From Candidatus Latescibacterota bacterium (lineage in GTDB: Bacteria > Latescibacterota > UBA2968 > UBA8231), in assembly GCA_965203355.1 (NCBI GenBank), contig OZ241889.1:3232001-3296000 (forward strand): a stretch of 64,000 bases of DNA, written 5' to 3'. The notes under the pieces were generated by a model. That model was given only the letters and a program-made list of their open reading frames with translations. It was not told the DNA's origin and searched no databases. Of this stretch, positions 36,788 to 48,308 are shown one piece after another. The translations under genes and the position numbers were made by a program. Numbering within the stretch: position 1 is the first letter of the stretch; each line of letters begins with the position of its first letter.

Positions 36788-39130
36788 CTAATAAGCCAAG
36801 GCGAGCGGCCGCAAAATCGCCGCGCTACCGCTCGCGGTCCCCGGGTCGATCCGGCAGAGGTACATCCCCGGTAACGCCAACGCGCCGTCCGCAACCCGCC
36901 CGGACCAGCGAAAGTGCCAACGTCCAACGCCCGCACGCCCCGCAAGCTGCGCCACCAACCGACCCGCGACATCGAAAATCTGCACGCGCGGCTGGATGCC
37001 CTCGGCCTTGAAAACCACAAAGCTGATCTCCGCTGCGTCGTTGATCCCATCGCCGTTGGGCGTAAACGCCACCGGCGCAATCTCCACGTCGCCGACGAGC
37101 GCAGACTGGACGGGCAGATCGGGCAACAACACGATATTGGCCCGCCGCGCGCTCGGCACGACCGATTGCCAGATCCCGGGACGCGCACCCAGCCCTAAAT
37201 CGAGCGCGAACAGCGCAGCATTGTCCCAGAGCCGCGCCGTAAAATCCACCTCCACCGAATCGGCGACCACGATGCGCGGCAACAAAACCAACAGGGTATC
37301 GCCGTTTAATCGCACGGCCTCGGGGGCTACCTCCTCCCCGCCGATCCGCAGGGCCACCTGGCCCGTGGTCGCGCCGGGAATGCGCAAGCGCAGGCGGTCG
37401 AAGCCGCTGTCCTGCCCGTCCGTGCTCGACCACAGCGCGTAGGTAAAGCGCGTATCCTCGTTGAGCCGGGCCTGGCGCGGCCAGATTTGCCCCCGCGCCT
37501 CTTGCACCAGCGCGTCGACAAATTCTATCGCCAGCGCCCGGGCAGTCGGCGCGACGTGCGGGGCGTCGGTCGCGAGGATCATCTCCAATTGTACGAAGCG
37601 GCGCGGACTCGCCGACTGGAACACCTCGCCCGAAGCCTGATACACATTGCTCCAAGCGTCCCAATCTTCGCCAACGACCCAAGTCGTATCAATCGGGCCT
37701 TTCAACACCTTGGGCAAGCTGTTCCACTGTTCCTCGGTGACCACATCGCCTTTGCGGTCGGAAAAAGTGTACCTCTCCCGTAGTGCATTGCCCGAGCGCG
37801 AGCGCAGTTGGATGCTAGTCTGCGGCGGCAGCTCGGCATCCCACGTCAGCCGCTCGATCACTTTGGGCCGCCCGTCGCCAGCGGCCGCCGCTACATTGAC
37901 AAAGCCCGAGCGCAGCTCCACCCGCGCCGGGTAGCCCGCCGAAAAGAGCATGGTCTCCAAGCCCCAACCAAAGCCTTGGGCGGTCCCGTCAATCTCGTGC
38001 CACAGCAGATAGCGGACTTTGCGCGGGGCGAATAAGTAGCGCTGATGAAAAATCCGCCCCAAACACTGGGGCCGGCAGCGATCTTCGACGAGCACCTCGT
38101 AATCGACCTGTTCGGGCACGGGCAACCCCGCCCCCGCGGCCGGGCGACCATCGGAAACCAAGAAAAGCCCACCCGCCGCCGAAGGATTGCCGCCTTGAAC
38201 CTGACTGCGCAGTCCCTCGCCTAACTGGCTGAAGTAGATGAAAAGTTCGTCGAGAAAAAACACCGCCCCCAAGTCCACCCGCCACCACACCCCGGCCTCG
38301 CGCCAGCCGCCTTCAGCGCTAGTCAACAGGGCAAAGCTGTCCATGTTGCCATCGAACATCCGGGCCGCGCCCGTGGTGCGGCCTCCCTCGAGAAAGCTGC
38401 CGCCGCGCTCGGCCGTGCCCAAGCTCACGTTATCCCCTACGGCCAGCACCTCGATTTCGGCGAGGGCCGCGTCTGAATGCTGCTCGTCGGCTTCGACGAT
38501 GATGTACTGGATCACCCGATAGCCACGCACGCGCTCCAGGTCCAAAGACGCATCCAACACATACGTGCTGTCCGTGCCCAAATACTCCAACGGAATAACC
38601 AACTCGGTCGCGGTGTTGGGCTTGGACGTGCGATAGATCGCTTCAAACTTGAACACATCGGCGAGCGCTTGGATCCGCGCACCCGAGGAGACAAAGACGC
38701 TAAATTGCCGCAAGGGCCGCGCCCCCTCGCGGTTGGGAAAGACGAGGCGGATTTGGTGTGCCAGCACCGGACGGCCCAAATCGATCTGCACCGACCACTG
38801 GTCGGGCGCGTCGTCGAGATCTGGCTGCCAGTAGGTGGTAAGATCGCCATCGATGACAAAGGCGGCGGTCTGCGGGCTGCTCTTGGCTTCCCAAATCCCG
38901 CCTACGACCTCGCCGCGCTCCTGCGTCGCATGGCGGAAGTCGCCGGCGTTGGCCACGGCGTTGATCTCCTTGCGGAATTTCCGCAGCCGCAGCCCGCCAT
39001 CGGCCCCGATCTGCACCAGATCCGCTGGCATTTGCCACGACTGCCACGCTGCGGCCCGGTCGAAGCGCAGTTCATCGGCCCAGACCGCGCCGATTCCCAA
39101 TAGCAGCGCGTACAACAAGCGCAGCGCCAT
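36788..39130 (-). CDS. Secreted discoidin-like / FlgD-Ig protein (paralog 2)
   Basis: Signal peptide; collinear with 27787..30111 (LRF..W..W, IDLG, RSRSGN, WSNVY, SPRRF, FTPNGDGIND). Confidence 0.82.
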   Translation of the reverse strand: MALRLLYALLLGIGAVWADELRFDRAAAWQSWQMPADLVQIGADGGLRLRKFRKEINAVANAGDFRHATQERGEVVGGIWEAKSSPQTAAFVIDGDLTTYWQPDLDDAPDQWSVQIDLGRPVLAHQIRLVFPNREGARPLRQFSVFVSSGARIQALADVFKFEAIYRTSKPNTATELVIPLEYLGTDSTYVLDASLDLERVRGYRVIQYIIVEADEQHSDAALAEIEVLAVGDNVSLGTAERGGSFLEGGRTTGAARMFDGNMDSFALLTSAEGGWREAGVWWRVDLGAVFFLDELFIYFSQLGEGLRSQVQGGNPSAAGGLFLVSDGRPAAGAGLPVPEQVDYEVLVEDRCRPQCLGRIFHQRYLFAPRKVRYLLWHEIDGTAQGFGWGLETMLFSAGYPARVELRSGFVNVAAAAGDGRPKVIERLTWDAELPPQTSIQLRSRSGNALRERYTFSDRKGDVVTEEQWNSLPKVLKGPIDTTWVVGEDWDAWSNVYQASGEVFQSASPRRFVQLEMILATDAPHVAPTARALAIEFVDALVQEARGQIWPRQARLNEDTRFTYALWSSTDGQDSGFDRLRLRIPGATTGQVALRIGGEEVAPEAVRLNGDTLLVLLPRIVVADSVEVDFTARLWDNAALFALDLGLGARPGIWQSVVPSARRANIVLLPDLPVQSALVGDVEIAPVAFTPNGDGINDAAEISFVVFKAEGIQPRVQIFDVAGRLVAQLAGRAGVGRWHFRWSGRVADGALALPGMYLCRIDPGTASGSAAILRPLALAY

Positions 39131-39134
39131 CTTC

Positions 39135-41153
39135 TCAGTAGATCAGGGTCAACGGGCGCAATCGACGCGCTCCGGCCCACTCGGCTTCAGGTGCGACTTC
39201 AACCAAGTAGATTCCCGGCGACAATAAAACCCCGCCCTCATCGCGCCCATCCCAGCGCACCCGCTGCGCCCCGAAGCGCTGCACACCCAAGGACCGCTTG
39301 GCTACTCGCCTCCCGTCGAGCGAATACACCTTGAACACCACGGGAACAGCCTCGGGCAACCCCACCAGTGCATAGCCGATGTCAACCTCATCGTGTACTC
39401 CGTCGCCATTGGGCGTCAGCACCCTAGTGGAAAAATCCAATCCCACCACCGGCCCGGCGCCTTGCCCGGCCATCCCCAAGACCCGCAGACCATTGGTCCC
39501 CAGCGCGGCACTGGCATCGCCCGGCTCAACGGGCTGGGGCAGCGCATCGCCGCCGTCATTATAGACCTCGCCCGAGAACGTCCAAGCCAGCGAGAACACA
39601 TCGGCGACAAAGACGACGCGCGCGCCTTGCCCGGCCCCGGGCCCGATCCGCTCCGGCAACACCACCGCTAGCTCCTCGTCGCCCTCGACCACGGCCAGCG
39701 GCGCGACCATCCGCCGGGGATTCCCCAACTCCAGCCGGATAAACCGAGCCTGCGTCCCGGTGCGGATCCGCAGCGCGTCAAAGCCCGCCTCCTCACCGGT
39801 AAATTCCCCGCGAATATCGTAGGCAAACTCGGCCGCTTGCCCCAGTGGCACCGCAACCAATCCTCCCGCTGGCTGGACCTCGGCCAACAGCGCGACCTCG
39901 GCCAAAACCCGGCGGGCCAAAAGCGGCGCGGTCTCAATCCACAGCGAGTCGAGCCGCACCCAGGCGGCAAAGTCCTCGCTTTTGAGCGTAATCCGCAACT
40001 GGAAATGGCTCCCCCCCTTGAGGTCCATGGCCTGCCCGGACTCGGCAAAGGGCCGCGACCAAAAAGACCAATGGTCGCTATCGTATTGTATAGAGGCGCG
40101 CATCCCCGGCCGGGGGTCGCGCAGGCGGCCAGCGCGCCAGCGCGGCTGTAGCTCCAAATCGTAGCGGCGGCGCGACACTACTTCCTCGCCGCCGCGGTCG
40201 GTGTACTCGTGGTAGATGTTCGGATCTCGGTCGCGCCCGGTCCGCACTTCCACCGCTACCCCCACCTCGGCATTGGCCGCCTCCACCAGTGCGCCATCGA
40301 CCACGCGCAACCGCGTCGCCGCCCAAGATAAGCGACCGAAGTTGCGGGGCGCACCTAAGTCGAAAATCCGCGAGCGGTACACCACCCGGCGCGGCACCCC
40401 CTCGCCAAAAAGCTCAAAATCCCCGATCGAGCCTTTGAAAGCCGCCCCAGAGCCCGCGCTATAGGTCTGCCCCTCGGCCGCATCCAACAGCGACGTCTTC
40501 CGCTTGTAGCGCACAAAGCGCACGTATTGCTTGGGGAACTCAATTTGCACCCGGGCGGCAAAGTTTTCGGCCACATCGGCAATGAGCGGGCCAATGCGCC
40601 GATACGGCTGACTGCCCACCAGCCAACTCGGGTCGCCTTCGGCCGCGATGGAGACCTCGTAGGCCGGCACGGCATCTTGGGCAAAGGGAAGGCCGTCGGC
40701 GCGAAAGCCGTGCGGCGGCGTAAAAAAACCAAAGCGATGGGCCGGTACCGGCACGGCCAGATCAATGGTGTACCAAACCGATTCGGGATTGGACGACACC
40801 GGCGGGTTAAAGGTCGTGCTGTCGCCATCGACCATATACGTGCCATTGTGAGCGGTGGTCTCGTTGCCTTGCGCCCCCTTCCAAACCCGGGGCGTCTCTC
40901 CTTCGACATAGGTCAACTCGCGTGGCTCTTTGAGCGGTTCCCAGCCGGTAAACAGCGCGAACAAGCTCTTGTCAGGCTCGATATAGACCGGCTGAATCGC
41001 GCCGGGGGCCGAGTCAAAATCGACGAGCACGACCAAGGAATCGCCTTCGCTCCAAGCCAAGCCCGCGCCGCCGATTTGCCAGCTCTGTCGCTGGGCATGG
41101 CCAGCCGTAGCCCAGCCAATCAGACCCAGCCACGCGCACGTCTTAATCGCCAT
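39135..41153 (-). CDS. Secreted FlgD-Ig protein (paralog 3, divergent subtype)
   Basis: Probable start ATG 41153 (MAIKTCAWLGLIGWATAGHA); EVRTG, WSFWS, LTPNGDGVHD, WDGRDEGG..PGIY. Confidence 0.8.
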   Translation of the reverse strand: MAIKTCAWLGLIGWATAGHAQRQSWQIGGAGLAWSEGDSLVVLVDFDSAPGAIQPVYIEPDKSLFALFTGWEPLKEPRELTYVEGETPRVWKGAQGNETTAHNGTYMVDGDSTTFNPPVSSNPESVWYTIDLAVPVPAHRFGFFTPPHGFRADGLPFAQDAVPAYEVSIAAEGDPSWLVGSQPYRRIGPLIADVAENFAARVQIEFPKQYVRFVRYKRKTSLLDAAEGQTYSAGSGAAFKGSIGDFELFGEGVPRRVVYRSRIFDLGAPRNFGRLSWAATRLRVVDGALVEAANAEVGVAVEVRTGRDRDPNIYHEYTDRGGEEVVSRRRYDLELQPRWRAGRLRDPRPGMRASIQYDSDHWSFWSRPFAESGQAMDLKGGSHFQLRITLKSEDFAAWVRLDSLWIETAPLLARRVLAEVALLAEVQPAGGLVAVPLGQAAEFAYDIRGEFTGEEAGFDALRIRTGTQARFIRLELGNPRRMVAPLAVVEGDEELAVVLPERIGPGAGQGARVVFVADVFSLAWTFSGEVYNDGGDALPQPVEPGDASAALGTNGLRVLGMAGQGAGPVVGLDFSTRVLTPNGDGVHDEVDIGYALVGLPEAVPVVFKVYSLDGRRVAKRSLGVQRFGAQRVRWDGRDEGGVLLSPGIYLVEVAPEAEWAGARRLRPLTLIY

Positions 41154-41271
41154 GTAACACAATGGCCCGATGAATTTAAGGTCCGACAAATGATGCAAAA
41201 TTCCTTATACTAAGTGTTTATTTGTAAAAATACCTCTTTTGTCCACATCCCCAACATTAAACGGCAAACCC

Positions 41272-42558
41272 ATGCGACAGCGCGCCATTGAACAAGGCAT
41301 CTTGGTCTTTCCCCCGGGCGCGGCAACCAAGGTACAGGTTGCTGGCCGCACCCTCCTCCAGCGCGGGGTTCGCACCTTGGCCCGCGTGGGCATCAAGCGC
41401 GTCTTGGTCGTGCTTCCCCCGGGCCACGTTCCCAGCGACCCCGCCCTAGCCCCGGACCTCGACATCCAAATAGAGCAAACCACCCCGGCAGCCGCCCGCC
41501 TACCCAATGCCCCCTTGCTGCTGCTCAGGGGCGATTGCGTCCACCACCACTCCTCGCTGCAAGCGCTCATCGACGCGGGCCTACAGCGAGACGCCCTCGT
41601 CGCCCAAGCCAGCGAAGGCGTCAGCAGCGGGGCGTTCCTCTGCGCGGCGGGCACACTGACCGCGGACGCGCTGACCGGCGACCTTTGGCGGGCACTCGCA
41701 GCGCGTCCGCAGCGGCGCGAGGACATCGCACCGCATCTGTGGCAACCCGTGACCGACAAGCGCAGTGCCCGCGCCGCTAAGAACATGCTCTTCGACCAAG
41801 TGAGCAAGGCCACCAGCGGCACCGTAGCACGCCTACTCAACGTGCGCATCTCCGTGCCCATCAGCAAGCGCATCGTCGATACCGGCATCTCGCCCAACAT
41901 GGTGACCTTTTTCATGGTCCTGTGTCCGGGCCTAATCGCCGCCTATCTGGCGACGCGGCCGGACGACCCCCTGCGGCTCGTCTGCGCCGGCCTCCTCTGG
42001 CAACTCGCCTCTATCCTCGACGGCTGCGACGGCGAAATAGCCCGCGTCAAGCTGGCCGAGACCCAATTCGGCGCTTGGTTCGACACCATCACCGACAACC
42101 TCGCCTATCTCGTCGGCTACGCCAGCCTGATGGCCGGTATGTGGCACCTTTATCCCGGCAGCTACCTGCCCATCTGCGCCGGGATATCCGCCATCTTCTC
42201 GCTGGTCTTAACCCTAGCCCTGCTCTACCGATATGCCCTAAAAACCGGCACTGGCAGTTTACAGTACTACCTCGGCGACTTGGGCAACAAGGTGCCCGAT
42301 GGCGACAAGGACTGGAGCTATCGGTTCTTAGAGCGCACCGGCTTTGTTGCGAAGCGGGATTTCCTCTCGTTGTTCATTGCCACTGGCTTGGTAGCCAATC
42401 TGTTGGCCGTCGTTTACTGGCTCCTCGTCGTCCTGCTGCACATAGCGGCACTGGGCGTCTTGACCACCCACTATCGACTGGTGGGCCATCAGCGCGCGGC
42501 CGAGCGACCGATGGCCACGCAGCCGGCCCCGGCCGTCAACCGGGAGGAGGACGAGTGA
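41272..42558 (+). CDS. CDP-alcohol phosphatidyltransferase with degenerate N-terminal nucleotidyltransferase-like domain
   Basis: SPNMVT and DGCDGEIAR...GAWFDTITD signature; N-terminal VAGRTLLQR. Confidence 0.85.
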   Translation: MRQRAIEQGILVFPPGAATKVQVAGRTLLQRGVRTLARVGIKRVLVVLPPGHVPSDPALAPDLDIQIEQTTPAAARLPNAPLLLLRGDCVHHHSSLQALIDAGLQRDALVAQASEGVSSGAFLCAAGTLTADALTGDLWRALAARPQRREDIAPHLWQPVTDKRSARAAKNMLFDQVSKATSGTVARLLNVRISVPISKRIVDTGISPNMVTFFMVLCPGLIAAYLATRPDDPLRLVCAGLLWQLASILDGCDGEIARVKLAETQFGAWFDTITDNLAYLVGYASLMAGMWHLYPGSYLPICAGISAIFSLVLTLALLYRYALKTGTGSLQYYLGDLGNKVPDGDKDWSYRFLERTGFVAKRDFLSLFIATGLVANLLAVVYWLLVVLLHIAALGVLTTHYRLVGHQRAAERPMATQPAPAVNREEDE

Positions 42559-43586
42559 GAGTCTTGCAAATCTTCATGGTGGCCTTGGGCTTACTGCTGC
42601 TGGGCTATCTCGTCGGCGAGCTCGGGGTTGATGAGGTCCTCCGCCACTTAGATGCGATCAAGTGGACGTTCCCCTTGCTGTTGCTGCCCTCGTGCGCTTG
42701 GCATCTTTCCAATACCATCGCCTGGAACTTCGCCTTTCCGCCCGACGCCTTCAAACCGCGGCTACCCACCCTTTTTGCCGCCAAGCTGGCCGGCGAGGCC
42801 GTCAATCAACTCACGCCGCTGGCCAATCTGGGCGGCGAGCCGATCAAGGCTTATTTGCTCACGCACCGGACGCCCGGCCCACGCGGCATGGCTTCGGTGG
42901 TCGTTGATAAAACCGCGCAAATTGCGGTCGGCCTGTCCTTTACCATTCTCGGGCTGGGGCTGTTGTTTTACTACCACGACGTGTCCGAGCTTATTCCCTT
43001 GGAGTACCGGGCTTTTTTCGCCGGTTTGCTCCTGGTCAGCCTAGCGGCCTTCTGGCTCTTCTACAAGCGTCAAGAGCGCCTGTTCACGTCCCTGCTCAAG
43101 CTGCTCCGCTCGGCCGGCCTGCGCACCGACCTTATCGAGCGCAATATGGGGCGCGCGGCGCGCATCGACACCAACATCGGCTCCTTTTACCGCACCCACC
43201 GCACCCGCTTCCTCCGCGCCTTATTCTTTCAGAGCATCGGCTGGTTTATGGGCACCTGTGAGACCTACGCCATCCTCTGGGCACTAGACGCGGGTGTTGG
43301 CTTTTGGTTTTGTTTTTTGCTCAACGCCTTGGGCGCGGTCATCAACGGCCTGTTCTTCTTCATGCCCTCCAATATCGGGGTCATGGAAGGCAGCCTCGTA
43401 TTTCTATTTTCCAGCTTGGGGTTGGATCCGTCGCTCGGCCTGTCCTTGGGCATTACGCGCCGCATGCGGCGCGTATGTTGGATTTTTGTTGGCTGGACCT
43501 GCCTCAGCTATATGAGTCGCACCGCGATCCAGCACCGTCCCGCAACGGCCTCAACCAAGTTGCAGGAACGAGAAAACCTGCGCTAA
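42555..43586 (+). CDS. Lysylphosphatidylglycerol synthase TM / flippase-like membrane protein
   Basis: GTG at 42555 overlaps the upstream TGA; NQLTPLANLGGEPIK, PSNIGVMEG. Confidence 0.82.
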   Translation: MRVLQIFMVALGLLLLGYLVGELGVDEVLRHLDAIKWTFPLLLLPSCAWHLSNTIAWNFAFPPDAFKPRLPTLFAAKLAGEAVNQLTPLANLGGEPIKAYLLTHRTPGPRGMASVVVDKTAQIAVGLSFTILGLGLLFYYHDVSELIPLEYRAFFAGLLLVSLAAFWLFYKRQERLFTSLLKLLRSAGLRTDLIERNMGRAARIDTNIGSFYRTHRTRFLRALFFQSIGWFMGTCETYAILWALDAGVGFWFCFLLNALGAVINGLFFFMPSNIGVMEGSLVFLFSSLGLDPSLGLSLGITRRMRRVCWIFVGWTCLSYMSRTAIQHRPATASTKLQERENLR

Positions 43587-43608
43587 CGGACCGACCAAAG
43601 GTAGAGCA

Positions 43609-44358
43609 ATGCGCCGCCACCAACTTGCTTGCCTCGTAGGCTACTGCGTCCTATCTTTCTACCCGGCCTCGGCCCAAGACGCGCCGCCGGATCGAGGCGA
43701 GCGCGACATCCCCCCTTACATCGTCCTCGAAGATTTTGCCACCACGCCCCTAGACAGCTTGCCCCGCGACTGGCACTGGCGCCGCAAGGACGACGACAAA
43801 CCCAAGCTCTACGCCGTCCGCGAGACCAACGGTCGTCGCTACCTAGCCGCACAGGACACCGGCCACTCGGTCGTCCTCATGAAGCGATTCCGCTGGGACC
43901 CCCGGCAATACCCGATTATGACTTGGTGCTGGCGCGCCGACGCCCTGCCACGCGGCGGCGACGAGCGCTACACCGAGACCAACGACAGCGCGGCCGGGGT
44001 ACACGTCATCTTTTCGCACAACTTCCTCGGCATTCCGCGACAGATCAAATACGTGTGGAGCACGACCTTAGCCCCGGGTACCTTCGCCCACCGCAAGGGC
44101 ATTGCCCGCCCTTGGGTTGTCGTCTTGGAAAGCGGCGCGGAGAAACTGGGGCAATGGCTCCAAGCGCAAGTCGATTTGGAGCAGGATCACGAGCGTCTTT
44201 TGTCGTCTGAGTTGCCGCAAAAAACCATGGGCATCGCCTTGCTAACCGATGCCAATTCAACGCAGGGGTACGCGGCCGCCGCCTATGCTGACTTCCGGGT
44301 CTGGCCGCGGGCCGCGCTGGCCCACATCCCCCACTACTGCGCCGACCTCGCCCCATGA
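43609..44358 (+). CDS. DUF3047 family exported protein
   Basis: Signal peptide; YPIMTWCWR, DSAAGV, KYVWS, IALLTDANST. Confidence 0.75.
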   Translation: MRRHQLACLVGYCVLSFYPASAQDAPPDRGERDIPPYIVLEDFATTPLDSLPRDWHWRRKDDDKPKLYAVRETNGRRYLAAQDTGHSVVLMKRFRWDPRQYPIMTWCWRADALPRGGDERYTETNDSAAGVHVIFSHNFLGIPRQIKYVWSTTLAPGTFAHRKGIARPWVVVLESGAEKLGQWLQAQVDLEQDHERLLSSELPQKTMGIALLTDANSTQGYAAAAYADFRVWPRAALAHIPHYCADLAP

Positions 44359-45476
44359 GGATCTGCATTGACGCGCGATCCCTGCGCGACGTGCCCACCA
44401 GCCTCGGCCGCTACGCCGCCGATCTCGTCAGCCATATCGCCCAATTGGACCGCACAAACGAGTACATCGTCGTCCGGCGGCCCTCGCGGCACGGCCCCAT
44501 CGCCGATCAGGCCAATTTTAGGGAGATTTTCGCCCCACACGACATTGCCTCACCCCACAACATCCTCGCCGGGGCCCGAGTCATCAACGCCCTCGACGCC
44601 GACGTGTACCACGCCCTGTTCCACTTTCTGCCCATCGGCGTACGCGCCCGGCGCGTGGTCATCACCCTGCACGATCTGATCTGGGTCGATCATCCCCACC
44701 TCGCCGATGGCCGACGCTGGCGGCGGTGGGTCAAAGGGTCGCTGGGCCGCTTCGGCATTGGCCGGGCCATGGCAGCCGCCGACCACATAATCGCCGTCTC
44801 CGCCAGTACGCGCCAAGCCGCGATCGACCGCGGCGTCCCCCCCGACAAAGTGACAACCGTTCGCCACGGCGTAGCATCCGCCTGGCACTCGGGCAACTCG
44901 GAGCCAGCCCTGTTTAACACCACCGCTCCAGACCGCATTGACGCGCTTGCAGCGCGGCCGTTTGTCTTTGGCTTGGGCAACAGCTTGCCGTACAAGAACC
45001 TGCCTCGGCTGGTGCACGCCTTTGCCCAAGTCGCCCCGGCCCATCCCGAGCTCGCGCTGGTGTTGGCCGGCCGCGGCGAGGGCCATCCCGCGCTCGTGCG
45101 GCTGGCGCGTCAACTCGGCTTGAGCGACCGGGTGTTCCTCGTCGGCCCGCTCAGCGACGAGCAAATCCGCACCTGTTTTGCCCGCGCCCGCTTTTTCGCC
45201 TTTCCGTCGCTGATAGAAGGATTTGGGCTGCCGGTGCTCGAAGCCATGGCCAGCGGCTGTCCAGTGCTTACGTCGAACCGTTCGTCGCTGGCCGAAATCG
45301 CCGGAGCCGATGCGGTACTCGTGGATCCGCTCGACACCGCGGCCATCGCCGCCGGGATGCAGCGCCTGCTGGCCGATTCCGCGCTCCGCCAACGGCTAGC
45401 TGGCCGAGGACGCCAACGGGCCGCGACCTTCACCTGGGAAGACGCGGCCCAGCAAACCATTCAACTGTACAAGTAA
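44355..45476 (+). CDS. GT4 family glycosyltransferase
   Basis: TLHDL, YKNL, FPSLIEGFGLPVLEAMASG. Confidence 0.93.
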   Translation: MRICIDARSLRDVPTSLGRYAADLVSHIAQLDRTNEYIVVRRPSRHGPIADQANFREIFAPHDIASPHNILAGARVINALDADVYHALFHFLPIGVRARRVVITLHDLIWVDHPHLADGRRWRRWVKGSLGRFGIGRAMAAADHIIAVSASTRQAAIDRGVPPDKVTTVRHGVASAWHSGNSEPALFNTTAPDRIDALAARPFVFGLGNSLPYKNLPRLVHAFAQVAPAHPELALVLAGRGEGHPALVRLARQLGLSDRVFLVGPLSDEQIRTCFARARFFAFPSLIEGFGLPVLEAMASGCPVLTSNRSSLAEIAGADAVLVDPLDTAAIAAGMQRLLADSALRQRLAGRGRQRAATFTWEDAAQQTIQLYK

Positions 45477-45663
45477 TTTCGCCGTCGTGCTGCCGCTCCG
45501 CAGGAGAGCGTGGCCCCGGAACACTTGCAAGCGGTCGTTCAAAATAGCATCGGCCAATTTGACCCCTTAATAATAATGCCTATTTATTTTTCTGTCCGCG
45601 CAGACCAAAGCTAAACACGGTCAGCACTGGCGACGCAACTTCGAGTAGAAGGAGAGAACCTCA

Positions 45664-46047
45664 ATGCGACTATTTTTGCTTGTCTCATGCGCTTTAGCCA
45701 ACACCGCATTTGCTCAATTAGACGTAGCCACACATCAGACGACAACGCTACCATCGGACGCACGGTACGAGATTGTACAATCCCAACTGGCAGCGAAATA
45801 TACCTTCCGGTTGGATAGATACACAGGCAAAGTCCATCAGTTGGTCAAGACGGAAAATGACGATTTCGCTTGGGAGGCGATGCTGGTAGAGGGACACGAC
45901 GCATTGTATCCTAAAAGACCCAGATTTGTCATTTTCAGTTCAGGAATTGCCGCACGTTTTACTTTTCTCATGGACTCTGATACAGGACAAACTTGGGTGC
46001 TGGGGGAGTATCTTGAGACGGCTGGATGGTGGAAGTTAAAGAATTAA
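45664..46047 (+). CDS. Small exported hypothetical protein
   Basis: RBS AGGAG, signal peptide, twofold internal motif ([10 protein letters not shown] / [11 protein letters not shown]). Confidence 0.7.
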   Translation: MRLFLLVSCALANTAFAQLDVATHQTTTLPSDARYEIVQSQLAAKYTFRLDRYTGKVHQLVKTENDDFAWEAMLVEGHDALYPKRPRFVIFSSGIAARFTFLMDSDTGQTWVLGEYLETAGWWKLKN

Positions 46048-46079
46048 TTTTAAAACTGATACACTATCGAGGACCTTTC

Positions 46080-47635
<1,556 letters not shown>

Positions 47636-47639
<4 letters not shown>

Positions 47640-47872
47640 GCATGACAGTCGCTGAATGGATCGAGTTTCTTGGCAGCTATCCATCTGAGTTGCGTGTCGT
47701 GGTGGACGGCTATGAAGATGGTTACGACGATCTATCGCCCGATCGCATGATCATGGAGCAGATCAGCCTCAATACGGGAACGGAGTCTTGGGAGGGCATG
47801 CACGGCGACCCGAAAGCACCAGACGCGGCCAGAATTGTCGACGCACTGATCTTGCGCCGCGCATCCCATTGA
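47636..47872 (+). CDS. Small acidic hypothetical protein, 78 aa
   Basis: ATGA-coupled to hsdM; [12 protein letters not shown]; no family recognised. Confidence 0.7.
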
Positions 47873-47891
47873 GCGCGGTAAGGATTGTTGC

Positions 47892-48308
47892 ATGATTGAC
47901 TATGGGAAGTTTCGGTTGTCGCTCAGACGCTTGGCCGAGCAGCATGACAATTATCGGACGCTGGACGAATCCTTGGACGAACTGATCCGCGAGGGAATCG
48001 CCGAATCCGTTATCCAGCGTTTCGAGACCTGCTATGACTGCTTGTGGAAGGTGTTGAAGAGACATCTTAACGAGGAATTGGGTATCGCCGATCTGCCCAA
48101 CAGCCCCAAACCCGTATTCCGCATCGCGCATGAAAACCTGCCGTTCCCGGCACCGCTGGACCAGTGGCTGGGTTACGCCGAGGCGCGTATAAATACGTCG
48201 CACGATTATGATGGCGAGAAAGCCGAGGCCTGTCTGGAACTCGTGCCCGCTTTCATCGCCGACGCCCGCGATCTCTACGAAACCATGAGCGGTGCAACAT
48301 GGCAGTAG
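47892..48308 (+). CDS. HEPN toxin / nucleotidyltransferase substrate-binding protein (HI0074 family)
   Basis: IQRFETCYDCLWK and RINTSHDY (Rx4HxY). Confidence 0.88.
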   Translation: MIDYGKFRLSLRRLAEQHDNYRTLDESLDELIREGIAESVIQRFETCYDCLWKVLKRHLNEELGIADLPNSPKPVFRIAHENLPFPAPLDQWLGYAEARINTSHDYDGEKAEACLELVPAFIADARDLYETMSGATWQ

